Below are positions 42,626-52,714 of a DNA stretch of 64,000 bases, piece after piece. The stretch's first letter is position 1. The number at the start of each line of letters is the position of its first letter. Made by a program: the position numbers and the translations under genes. The stretch is from positions 1 to 64,000 of the forward strand of contig CAVSLC010000022.1 in NCBI GenBank assembly GCA_963728565.1. Reading direction: 5' to 3'. The DNA is from an uncultured delta proteobacterium. GTDB taxonomy: Bacteria > Desulfobacterota > Binatia > UBA9968. Below the pieces are notes generated by a model. The model was not told where the DNA came from. It worked only from the letters and a program-made list of their open reading frames with translations, and ran no database searches.

Positions 42626-43273
42626 CTAGCGAAACAATGATTTCGCGACGCCGCTCACAAGGGTTAGGTAGAATCCTAACAGCAGCAGTGTGATCAGGAA
42701 GTTTTGTTTCCAACGATTGCTCAGAGCGATTCCAAATGGGATTCCGGTGATGAAACCGATGATATGCGCGACGTAAGCGACTTGCGGGTCGTATCCGGGG
42801 ATCCGACTCTTTTGATAGACCAGGACGACGTTGTAGATGAAGTAGATAATCGCGATCAGTCCCTGCGGCGCGAGAAAGAGCCAGGAGAATTTCAGCGGTC
42901 TTATGAGCATGACGCTCCCAGCCAACGCGAAAATTGCGGCCGAGGCGCCCAGCATTCCGGTGCCCCGCGGCAAAAAGGCCGGGCCAAGGATAAAGCTCAG
43001 AAAGCCGCCGGTGAAAAAAATGGCCAGGAGTTTGCTGTGGCCCGACCGTCTTTTCCAAGGTTCTTCCGAAGACAAATAGGAAATAGCATGTTGCCGAGAA
43101 GATGAAGGACGTTGGCGTGGACAAACAGGGCCACGACCAGTAGTCCAGAATCTGCCCTCTTCGAAGTTGCGCAGACTGAAGATAAGATTTTGTTCGGCAA
43201 ACGCCGGCTCCTGCTGCCATGCCCAAATGCTGGCTGCGATGCAGGCGATTATCAACAGTGAGTTGGTCTTCAA
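42626..43273 (-). CDS. Rhomboid family intramembrane serine protease (local frameshifts 43040-43140)
   Basis: FVHANVLHLLGNM (alternate frame), GASAAI catalytic Ser, AHIIG catalytic His; start uncertain. Confidence 0.88.
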   Translation of the reverse strand: MKTNSLLIIACIAASIWAWQQEPAFAEQNLIFSLRNFEEGRFWTTGRGPVCPRQRPSSSRQHAISYLSSEEPWKRRSGHSKLLAIFFTGGFLSFILGPAFLPRGTGMLGASAAIFALAGSVMLIRPLKFSWLFLAPQGLIAIIYFIYNVVLVYQKSRIPGYDPQVAYVAHIIGFITGIPFGIALSNRWKQNFLITLLLLGFYLTLVSGVAKSLFR

Positions 43274-43346
43274 TGATCGACAGAGAGCCGGAAAGTAGAG
43301 GTTCGCAAAGTCGCTTAGGGGAGGGTGAGGTCCATGATGGCGATCG

Positions 43347-44366
43347 CTAAACGGCGTCTGCAAGGCGGTCTAATAACTCTTCCGTTTCCTCGAATCCCAG
43401 ACATGCATCGGTGATGCTCTGACCGTAGGTTACAGGCGCATTCTGACGCCCGGCGACGAGATGGCTCTCAATCATCAGCGCTCGAATCGGTGAACCCCTC
43501 AGGTTCTCCATGACAGCGTTGGCCACATCGATCTGCCGCGCCGCATCCTTTTCGCTGTTACCGTGGCTGCAATCGATCATAACGGCCTCGGGAAGACCCG
43601 CCGCGCGCAGCATTCGGACAGCGCTTTCAATGGAAGCACCATTAAAGTTGGGTCCGGTCTCACTGCCCCCACGGAGCACGAGATGGGCGTAAGGATTGCC
43701 GGTGGTTTCCAAGATCGCAGGCGCGCCTTCTTTGGTGAGTGACGGAAACAAATGCCGGCTGCGCGCGGTTTGTATGGCGTCCACGGCAATCTGCACGTTA
43801 CCGTCTGTGCGATTCTTGATCCCCACAGGCATCGACAAACCCGATGCCAGCTCTCGATGTATCTGGCTCTCCGCGGTGCGCGCTCCGATCGCACCCCAGC
43901 TGATGAGATCGGCATAGAACTGGCCAAACGTGGTATCGAGAAACTCGGTCCCGGCAGGGATTCCTACATTCAAAATATCGGCGAGCAACTGCCGGGCTAG
44001 GCGCAACCCCTTGTTGATATGATACGATTCGTCCAGATCCGGATCGTTGATGAGTCCCTTCCAGCCAACAACCGTGCGCGGCTTCTCGAAGTAGACCCGC
44101 ATGACAAGGAGAAGCGCATGGGATAACGCGTCGGCAACCGGTTTGAGTTTGGTCGCATACTCGAGCGCGGCCTTGGTGTCGTGCACGGAGCAAGGACCGA
44201 CCACAACCAGGAGCCGGTCATCCTTGCCGTCGAGAATCGCCTCGATGGCTCGGCGCGTCTCGTGTACTCGTGCTGCCGCGGTGTCGGTGAGAGGGATCTC
44301 CTCGGCGAGTATGGCTGGCGCGAGCAGTGGCCGGGTTTTGACGATGCGAAGATCGTCAGTCTTCAT
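43347..44366 (-). CDS. 3-deoxy-7-phosphoheptulonate (DAHP) synthase, class I-alpha (AroF/G/H family)
   Basis: GPCSVHD, RVYFEKPRT, GWKGLINDP, IGART, IDCSHGNS, YGQSITDAC. Confidence 0.95.
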   Translation of the reverse strand: MKTDDLRIVKTRPLLAPAILAEEIPLTDTAAARVHETRRAIEAILDGKDDRLLVVVGPCSVHDTKAALEYATKLKPVADALSHALLLVMRVYFEKPRTVVGWKGLINDPDLDESYHINKGLRLARQLLADILNVGIPAGTEFLDTTFGQFYADLISWGAIGARTAESQIHRELASGLSMPVGIKNRTDGNVQIAVDAIQTARSRHLFPSLTKEGAPAILETTGNPYAHLVLRGGSETGPNFNGASIESAVRMLRAAGLPEAVMIDCSHGNSEKDAARQIDVANAVMENLRGSPIRALMIESHLVAGRQNAPVTYGQSITDACLGFEETEELLDRLADAV

Positions 44367-44578
44367 GGCTAAATTGCCGGCTAGAGAAAAGCCGAGATTT
44401 CTCGCCTAAGCTAGTCGCCGCGGCCGACCGAAGAAGCCGACCGAGATCGATTGAATAGCTGGAACACATTTTGGAAGAGTACTCGACTATCGGAAATTGT
44501 GTCAAACCGCGTGTGATGAATCGCTTTGCTTCACAGGTGGTCGAACGCTTTGGGAGGCCAAGATACCGGATCGCAGGG

Positions 44579-44830
44579 TCACTGCCTTGGGATGTCGCCG
44601 TTGAGATAGGCTTGACCGCGAGGCGTGAGCGTAACTTCGGGCTCGTCAACTGTCTCGACGCGGCTCACTTGAACCAAGCCGCCAATGATCGCGTCCTCCC
44701 AAATCGTATGTCTCGGACACGTGCTCTGCCATGCATTCATGGCGTCCGCATAAGTCCGAGGACGGCTAGAGATCCAGGTAAGAAACTCCAGCATCAAGGG
44801 GTCGGCGATTCTGCCATCGATAGACTCCAT
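44579..44830 (-). CDS. Small hypothetical protein
   Basis: GGAGG RBS; LEFLTWISSRPRTYADAMNAWQSTCPRHTIWEDA...LTPRG, possibly winged-helix-like. Confidence 0.65.
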   Translation of the reverse strand: MESIDGRIADPLMLEFLTWISSRPRTYADAMNAWQSTCPRHTIWEDAIIGGLVQVSRVETVDEPEVTLTPRGQAYLNGDIPRQ

Positions 44831-45079
44831 CACTTGCCTCCTGGTGAAGTGATGATTCATTATTCCGGAAGGTATTGATTTTATACCGTGCAGAGCTGAG
44901 TTCAAGCGTGAAAAATATCCGATGGGTTCAAGCTTGCGACTCTGCGCAGAGGATGAATAAAGGCTCTACGCCATGCCACCGTTAGCGGGACTCGCAGGGC
45001 TTGCGGTAAGGTGATCCCCAAAGCCACCTGCGGGAGAGCTGCATTACGGGGAAACCGACTTGGTTTGATGCACGGTTCT

Positions 45080-45340
45080 AAGCGGTCGAATCTAAAAACA
45101 CCGAATGCAGCCTGAGGATCGATTTCACCAGACCCAGCCTTTTGCAGCTTCTGCCGCCTCTTCCGACTGAATTGCTACCGCGGCAAATTTGGATTGCTCG
45201 GGACGGGTGACACGTGCAGGGGCTGGACACCACCTCTTTGAGCAGCTCCGACCGTTTACCGTTAAATTCGGTCGAAGCATACGGAGTCCGGTGATGTTTG
45301 CTACGGGGCTTAGAACTGGAGACAAGGCATGCGGCCACGC
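45080..45340 (-). pseudogene. Degraded remnant of an ABC_sub_bind-type substrate-binding protein gene
   Basis: NITGL and GKRSELLKEVV fragments in two different frames match the family's GNITG...GKRLELLKE motif. Confidence 0.55.
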
Positions 45341-45443
45341 GGTTCGGCCGGAATCCTTTGAAGTTCGTTCACTTTTAGACAGCAATCGTAACCGTTAAGC
45401 TCATAATCAAGTGCGAAAGTATTCAGGCGAACCAAAATGACGA

Positions 45444-45752
45444 ATGTTCATTCAGACCGGCGTTACTCATAGCTCATCGATGGAGTTTACACCTATGCAA
45501 GCGGAGATTGTCCTCAAGTCCGAAGAAAAAGAACGCTTACTTCAAATAGCTTTGGAAAACTCACCCGCCCGGGCTGTTCTTACGAGCGCTCGATCCGACA
45601 GCAATCACCCGGAGTTAGTGATTATGAACTGCGACGAGCAAGCAGCCTATGCCCTGCTGGAAGTTGCAGCAGTCAACTGTGGCAGCGCCTGGAGAGTAAT
45701 GAATTATCAGATGAGCAGACTTGGTCTTTTGAAGTCCAGAAGCACCGCTTGA
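45444..45752 (+). CDS. Small hypothetical protein (start may be 45495)
   Basis: ORF of 85-102 aa with helical character and two Cys; no recognised family. Confidence 0.5.
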   Translation: MFIQTGVTHSSSMEFTPMQAEIVLKSEEKERLLQIALENSPARAVLTSARSDSNHPELVIMNCDEQAAYALLEVAAVNCGSAWRVMNYQMSRLGLLKSRSTA

Positions 45753-46023
45753 AGATAAGAATCAGATCACCTCGTGTCGCAGCGGCGAGTTCGGTTCCTC
45801 GGCGTTGGCGGAACTCTATCACAAGGCATGATGCTGAAGGAGCCTTGTGTTTGCCTGCTGCATACTTCCTATACCCTTGGTTCTCGTAATCACCTGAACA
45901 GGCTGGCGATTTGGATTGTGAATGGCGTGTTCTTTATGAGCAGCGTATTCAATAGGATCGCCTCGTGCAGCAAGGATTCGACGATTCACATTCGCATACG
46001 ATTCCTTGCTCGTTTCTGAATAC

Positions 46024-46923
46024 TTAGTTTTCCTCCGCCAGCGCAGTATTCGCCAGCTCCTCGACAAGCTTTACCAGCGCCGAGTGATCCAGATCGCCGT
46101 AGCCCATCGCTTTCATGGCGCTCATCATTTGTGCGACTTGGCCGGTGACCATCAGCGGCACCCCATACTCGAATCCCGCTCCCAGGGCGATCTTCATGTC
46201 TTTCTCGTGCAGCCGGATGCGAAAGCCGGGCTTAAAACTATGGTCGAGCATTTTCTGACCGTGAGCCTCGAGTATTTTCGATTGGGCGAAGCCGCCTAAG
46301 AGCGCCTGCCGCACCTTCGCCGGATCCACGCCGGCCTTGGCGGCCAGTACCAAAGCTTCGCTGACGATTGCGATAGTCGTTCCGACAACCATTTGATTAG
46401 CCGCCTTGGTCACCTGGCCTGCGCCGGCCCGGCCGACATGAACGATGTTCTTTCCTAGCGATTCAAATATCGGCATCGCTCGCTCGACGGCGGCTGCCTC
46501 GCCGCCGATCATGATGGATAAGCTCGCGCTGATTGCGCCCGCTTCGCCGCCACTCACCGGCGCATCGAGCATATCGCAGCCTCGCCTTTGCGCCTCACCT
46601 GCAAGTTTGCGGGCGACGGCAGGTGAGATGGTCGACATATCGATGAGCAGGGTTCCCGGTTTCAATGCCGAGAAAATCCCGTTCTCGCCGGCATAAACGA
46701 GATCGACATCGGGTGAATCGGGTAGCATGGTGATGATAATTTCCGCGCGCCCGGCGACCTCGTTTGCATCTGTCGCGGCATGTGCGCCTTCCCTTGTCAA
46801 TTCGTCCACTGCTGCGCGACTACGATTGTGCACGATCAGCGGGCAGCCTGCCCTAATCAAATTCCGAGCCATGGGCTTGCCCATGATCCCGAGGCCAATG
46901 AAACCGATAATCGGCTTACTCAT
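46024..46923 (-). CDS. 2-hydroxy-3-oxopropionate (tartronate semialdehyde) reductase, GarR/GlxR family
   Basis: GFIGLGIMGKPMA, DAPVSGG, KAANQ, FKPGFRIRLHEKD; GAGGAG RBS. Confidence 0.9.
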   Translation of the reverse strand: MSKPIIGFIGLGIMGKPMARNLIRAGCPLIVHNRSRAAVDELTREGAHAATDANEVAGRAEIIITMLPDSPDVDLVYAGENGIFSALKPGTLLIDMSTISPAVARKLAGEAQRRGCDMLDAPVSGGEAGAISASLSIMIGGEAAAVERAMPIFESLGKNIVHVGRAGAGQVTKAANQMVVGTTIAIVSEALVLAAKAGVDPAKVRQALLGGFAQSKILEAHGQKMLDHSFKPGFRIRLHEKDMKIALGAGFEYGVPLMVTGQVAQMMSAMKAMGYGDLDHSALVKLVEELANTALAEEN

Positions 46924-47338
46924 GATCAGCTCCTCTTGCTCGGCATGCCAGCCAATCTGGCAAGCTTGTCGAAACGACGGGCCAGCAGCGCCCACGAAAA
47001 TATCGCTCTTTAAAACTCCTGATTACGACGATTATTACTCGAGAGGCCCCATGGCAAGTCAATTTTGTTGTCGATGCCTTTACCCAAATTAGATCCGTTC
47101 AATTTGCTGCACAGCCGGCGAAAAAGAAGGTAAGATCGAATGTAAATCGCTCTTCGCAACTTATCTTACTCATGTTCTCTATGAGTCTGGGAATGTGGCT
47201 GCACCGCGATTTATTATCGACTTGCTGATGACGATCTGGAGTCTCAGGTTGATGTTGGCGCGTTGTTTATGCCGGGATCAAAAAAATAATCGCTCATACT
47301 TGTGGGGCCACGAATTTAACTGCAGCGCCAACAGCAAT

Positions 47339-47824
47339 TCAGTTTAGCTTCGGTGACTCGGCGCGCCAGGTTTTTAACGTCCATAGAAAGCTGCCGAAAT
47401 CCTGGATTGAAAAAACGAGTGCTAGAGGCGCTGGGATAATTTCGAGATGCCACAACATAAGCATGGCGAACGGCACAAGCGGCCGGTCCAGCAACGATGC
47501 GAAAACAAACCCCGCGGCATTCAACCGACCGCTGGCAATGTAAATCATGCCGAGCCCGCTGACCAATAGGCCGACCAGGCGGAAATAATTCGCCGCTTGT
47601 TCAACCAGCGGCGGCAAGTTTAGTATTCGTGCGACGAAATGCGGGAGCAGCACAACCAACGACCCTTCAAGAAGTATTAACCAGCCGAAGACTTCCACGC
47701 TCTTGGCTGACCGGCTCTGCCCTCGAGCAGTAATAAGGCGTTCTAGCGTTTCAGTGAAGTACGACAATTTATCCGCTCCTGATTGAAGTGCCCAGACAAG
47801 CAATACCTGACAATTCATGGTCAT
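47339..47824 (-). CDS. Hypothetical membrane protein (start uncertain)
   Basis: Four hydrophobic segments in a 161-aa ORF. Confidence 0.6.
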   Translation of the reverse strand: MTMNCQVLLVWALQSGADKLSYFTETLERLITARGQSRSAKSVEVFGWLILLEGSLVVLLPHFVARILNLPPLVEQAANYFRLVGLLVSGLGMIYIASGRLNAAGFVFASLLDRPLVPFAMLMLWHLEIIPAPLALVFSIQDFGSFLWTLKTWRAESPKLN

Positions 47825-48048
47825 AGATCAACATTCGAGGTAGTAGCAAATTGTCGCTCCTGATCTGCGCCCTGATCATAGTCGAAACTCCCCTCCCTGT
47901 TCTCCCGGTCCAGGAGAACGGCACGGCTGGCGACATGCCGTCCAGAAAGCCTGAGAGCATAACTTCGATCGTAAGCAGACCAGAAACGACAAGATCGAAA
48001 CGATGGCTATCGTTTCGATCTTGGTGCGGTTTTGGAGAGGTGTGTGCC

Positions 48049-49288
48049 TTATAGTCTGGGCACCAGCACTGTCGATCCGGCGCGAAGTAGGCTAGCTTTG
48101 CGCAGACCGTTGATCCTGAGGATGCGCTCGGCTGACGTACCGTAACGTTGAGCGATCTGCATGAGCGTCTCACCACGTTTAACGCGATGCCGCACCACGC
48201 TCGATTGTGCTTGTTGGCGCGCAGGTGTCTCGCGTGCCTGGCTCACCTCACGAGTCTCGACAATGGCTGCCATCTGTTTTTGGACGGGCAACTTCACGCG
48301 GTAGCCTGCGGGAATAATCTTTGGAGCATTTGCCAGGGCCGGGTTCCACTGCAAAAACTCATCTCGTTTAAGCCCGGTGGAGCGCATGACCGCTGCCAGC
48401 GATGTTTGCGACCTTAACTCCACTTCTTGAATGGCAACCGGCGGATCTAAATCGAGACCGGGAAAATATCGCTCGGGGTTTTTGCCGATTTCCACGGCGA
48501 CGAGAAATTCGGCGTAGAAATTTTTCGGCGGATATCCAAAGTAAGGACTATTATATTTCTGGATCACGTCCACCAGGTTGTCCGAGCCGACTTCAGCCAC
48601 TGCGCGAGCCATGCCGCCGGGCCCGAAGTTGTAAGCAGTGATGGCCAATGGCCAATTGCCCAGTGACTCATAGGCTTGCTTGAGAAATGATGCCGCGGCC
48701 CGGGTAGATTCGATGGGGTCTCTTCTTTCATCGATGGCACGGTTGACCCGCATATACTGTCTGCCGGTAGCGGGCATAAACTGCCACATGCCCAAAGCGC
48801 CTGCATGGGAACGTGCGTTGCTGTTGAATGACGATTCGATCAGAGGGAGATAAGTCAATTCCACCGGCAAGCCCCGGTCCCGGAAGATTTGCTGCATTTG
48901 CCCGATATAGCGGTTCGAACGTTTGAGTCCCGCGGCGGTTCGTTCTTTGACGCCCCGCTGTGCCTTCACTCGTTCTATGCTGACTTCATGCGCCGCCGCA
49001 ATCCGCGCTCTTTCACCGTCGACATATTCGTTGGAGCGATTCTCTTCGCCGACCTCCAAGACTTCATATATCCTGGACATCTCCAATGGATCAAAAAACA
49101 CCAGTTGGGATATGCTGTACTCGGTAAAAATTTTGGTCCAGAACTCGACGGGCTGCTCGAGTCCGGCAAGAAGTGGGAACGGATTATTATCGATTTTCAC
49201 TGGGAACGGATTGAGCTCTCGCATGAACCGGCAAGAACACTATCCAAGACACGATCAGTGAGAGGAACCATCGTTGCGCTCGCTTCAT
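48049..49288 (-). CDS. Lytic transglycosylase with LysM domain (MltD-like), frameshift near 49200
   Basis: Signal peptide MKRAQRWFLSLIV from 49288 with GGAGG RBS; IESSF, GMWQFM, AYNFG SLT motifs; C-terminal LysM. Confidence 0.9.
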
Positions 49289-49560
49289 TGCCGCCCTCCT
49301 TGTAGTGAGCCCCCAATTGAGCAACCCACGTGCCATCAGCGTGGTAGTCATAACCAGCGCATATTAAAGAAAATCCGCCCGAGAAACAATTGCTATCCGT
49401 GAATCCGGCAGACATTTTGACTCTCGATGGTCGATTCTCGGCATCTTCCTCAACCGAGAGCTCTCTGGGCTCAACCATGTGTCGAAAGCCACGTAGGTTT
49501 GACCGCTGCTTGACCGGTGCATATAGTGCGACCGAGTTTCACCATGACGCGGAGGAAAGC

Positions 49561-50067
49561 TTGGAACATTCAACCCTGGTCGGCATCGTTGAAGCGTTCT
49601 TGCGACTGATTTTGGGCTGGCGCTTTTTGATCAGCGGCTTGAGCAACGTGCGCCGTTGGCCAAACCCGGTAAATACCGCAAGCATTCTGTTTTCTAAGCA
49701 TGCGAAACTTTTCGGGCTCATCGCCACCGTGCTCATGGTGGGCGGCGGTGTTGGTCTTGCAGCCGGCTTCCAGACGCCGATTTCATCGACGATGCTGGTT
49801 GTGTTTTTAGTTCCAACGTTCAGTGTGCACTACTATTGGCTCAAGGTGCTGCCGACCATGGCACCGACAGTTAAAAACTCGATTGCCGATGACAAGGCGC
49901 TGGGATATTTCCGAAGCTTTGAGCGGCAAGCGTTCCATGCTCACGAAGTGGGAATCCGCGATAATCTAGTTTTGTTAGCCGCGGCTGCATACTTTGCAGT
50001 CCGGGGCAGCGGGCCGTACGGTCTGGATAATTTGATTAGCAATTGGGTGGTGTGGATCTTCCGGTGA
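49561..50067 (+). CDS. DoxX family membrane protein
   Basis: GGAGG RBS with TTG start; LRLILG..FLISG, C-terminal GSGPYGLD. Confidence 0.8.
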   Translation: MEHSTLVGIVEAFLRLILGWRFLISGLSNVRRWPNPVNTASILFSKHAKLFGLIATVLMVGGGVGLAAGFQTPISSTMLVVFLVPTFSVHYYWLKVLPTMAPTVKNSIADDKALGYFRSFERQAFHAHEVGIRDNLVLLAAAAYFAVRGSGPYGLDNLISNWVVWIFR

Positions 50068-50077
50068 TACTCTGCGG

Positions 50078-51386
50078 TCATAAACGACCGACAAAGCGGC
50101 CCGGATTCATCAATCTCTGAGGATCGAATTGCTGTTTAATCCTGCGCATAAGGAAAAACGCCTCTGGAGCCAGTCCCCAGATGTCCAAATCCCGCTTCAG
50201 ATCAGCCGGAGCATCAAGCAGCACAACATGCCCCTTGTGTCGGGCCGCCTTGGATCGGAGCTGTGCAAAGCGCGCGGCGGCTGAGTTGATTTCGTTCGAC
50301 CCAATCCAGATCGCGCCTGCTGCCATGTCCGCGACAATTGCCGGACTAAAATCCGTTGATTCCCAATCCTGAACGCAGCGTAGCAAATCAGCAATCGCTG
50401 ATCGCGGCACCGTTACACGAAAGACCACCTGATGGCCGAGAAGCGGGAAATCGCAAATACCCGCCCATGATCTTTCATGAGCCGCAGTACTACAAACCGC
50501 TGTTCTCAGGCTCAACCGCTCAGCCATCAATTGGAGATCTCGAAGATGACGACTGACTTGCTCGGCAAAACCTTCGGCGCGAACCGCCATTTGCCAGCCC
50601 GACTGCGGCGCTTCGCTGCTCGAGCTTGTTTCACTTTTCCAAAGCACTGTTGCGCTCGGCAACAAAACTGAATCCAGGATCTCGCCGGCAAACTCCGAAA
50701 GTTGCAATAAATCTCCGGATGCGGCCAGCGTCGCTTCCGCTTGCGGGAGCGGTGTCAGTCTGAGTGTCACTTCCGTGATAATCCCCAGCGTTCCTAAAGA
50801 TCCAACGAACAGTTTACACATGTCGTAACCGGCGACATTTTTAACGACCTTGCCGCCGGCCTTGATATGCTCTCCCGTAGGCAGGGCTACTTTCATGCCA
50901 ATCACGAGATCTCGCACGCTGCCGTAACAGACGCGGCGCGCTCCGTTGAGATTGCCTGCGACAATGCCGCCAATGGTGGAACGTTGTGGGTTGGGCACAT
51001 CGAACGGCACGAACTGCCGGGCTACGGCAGTGATCCTTTGGGATGCGGCCAACGTAATGCCGCTCTGCACGATAGCGGTCAAATTTGCATCATCGTGTTC
51101 GACCATGTGGTTAAGCTTGGATACGTCGATGATGATCTCGACACGCTCGGGTAAGTTGCCGATTTGAATGGCCGTGCCGCCGCCCCAGGGAGTTACGGCG
51201 GCATCCGTCTCGCTGCAAACCCGTAACGCCGCGCTGACTTGCTCGGCAGTTGGCCGGCGAACAGATTAGGCACGGATAAACTCCGTCGACGGCGCGGGCG
51301 GCAAGCAATTCCGGCTGCCTCCTTACCGCGGCGCGGCCAAGCTCGGCTTCTAACCGGCTCGCCAGCCGGTCCGGGTCAACCTTCAT
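50078..51386 (-). CDS. glcE: Glycolate oxidase FAD-binding subunit (frameshift near 51250)
   Basis: PWGGGT, STIGGIVA, GGKVVKNVAGYD, GSLGTLG, FDP..LMNPGR. Confidence 0.85.
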
Positions 51387-52692
51387 TGCCTGGGGAAGAT
51401 CCGCCGCTCGCATAGGCGCGATCGAGGAGATCCATCAAATGGTAGACTTCGACATTCGGCCCATACTTCTGCGCGCCATAGCGGAGCTGCAGCATACAGC
51501 CTGGATTGGGCGCGACCACCGCTTCCGCACCGGTGGCGGCGATGGCCGGCATTTTCTCTTGAAGAAGCTGCTGTGACATTTCAGCATGAGTGATATTGTA
51601 AATTCCGGCACTGCCGCAACAGCGTTCAGAGCCATTCATCTCGACCAGTTTCAAACTCGGAATCGCCTGTAATAATTGACGGGGCTGACTGCGCACGCGC
51701 TGACCATGCGCCAGATGGCAGGGATCCTGATAGGTAACGGTCATCCGCAATTCGCCGAGTTTGCCGGCCAATCCAATCTGCGCGAGGAATTCAGCGGCAT
51801 CCTTGACTAAAGAACTGAACCTTCGTGCCTTGTCCGCATAATCAGGATCATCTCCGAGCAAATGGCCATATTCCTTCATCGCGGCGCCGCAGCCGGCGGC
51901 ATTGACGACGATGGCGTCGAGCCCGGCGGTTAAAAATGCGTCGATGTTGCTCCGGGCCATTTCTTTCGCGCTGCTCGTCTCGCCATTGTGAGTGTTGAGC
52001 GCGCCACAGCAGGTCTGTCCCTTTGGGAAAACAACCTCGCAGCCGTTGCGTTGCAGCACGCGCACGGTGGCGTCATTGATGTCGCCAAAGAGCAACGGCA
52101 TGACGCAGCCGTTTAGAAACGCGACCCGGGCGCGCCGTGGGCCGATCGCAGAAAGAGCCTGAGCGTTTGCTCGAAAACGACGTTGCGGGATGGCCGGCAG
52201 CATTGCATCCATCTGCCGAACCTTGCGCGGCAATAACGGCCGCACCAGCCTCTGCAAGCCGGTTCGTTGATAGAGACGCAACACGCCGAAGAGGATTTTT
52301 AGACGTCCGGGAAAAGGAAGTAGCTGAGTGAAAGCCAGATTCAGGATGACCCGTCCGAGCTTCGATCCCGGCGGGCCGATTACCGCCCGGGCGGTTTCGG
52401 CTATATGGCCGTATTGAACTCCAGACGGACAGGCCGTTTCACAAGCACGGCACAACAAGCAGAGATATATATGCTCCTTGAACCGCTCGTTGAGCTCGAT
52501 CCGGCCGTCCGCAGCCGCTTTTACCAGGTGAATCCTGCCGCGTGGCGATTCCGGCTCGAGACGCAGCGCGCGGTAGGTCGGACACTGGTTTAGACATAAG
52601 CCGCAGTGCACGCATTGATAGAGTTCCGGAATATCAAGCGTGGCGATCTTGGGTTGATCGCCATGTCGCAGATTGTGCAGACTGTCTTCCAA
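51376..52692 (-). CDS. glcF: Glycolate oxidase iron-sulfur subunit
   Basis: CVHCGLCLNQCPT, CLLCRACETACP, two CCG domains, YQDPCHL; probable TTG start at 52692. Confidence 0.9.
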   Translation of the reverse strand: MEDSLHNLRHGDQPKIATLDIPELYQCVHCGLCLNQCPTYRALRLEPESPRGRIHLVKAAADGRIELNERFKEHIYLCLLCRACETACPSGVQYGHIAETARAVIGPPGSKLGRVILNLAFTQLLPFPGRLKILFGVLRLYQRTGLQRLVRPLLPRKVRQMDAMLPAIPQRRFRANAQALSAIGPRRARVAFLNGCVMPLLFGDINDATVRVLQRNGCEVVFPKGQTCCGALNTHNGETSSAKEMARSNIDAFLTAGLDAIVVNAAGCGAAMKEYGHLLGDDPDYADKARRFSSLVKDAAEFLAQIGLAGKLGELRMTVTYQDPCHLAHGQRVRSQPRQLLQAIPSLKLVEMNGSERCCGSAGIYNITHAEMSQQLLQEKMPAIAATGAEAVVAPNPGCMLQLRYGAQKYGPNVEVYHLMDLLDRAYASGGSSPGNEG

Positions 52693-52714
52693 GGCAAACT
52701 CTAGATGTTTTTTC

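Noticed and set aside
44960-45080. Possible riboswitch or ncRNA (small hairpins such as aaaccgacttggttt)
   Set aside because: No recognisable consensus of a known family; it may be part of the decayed SBP gene
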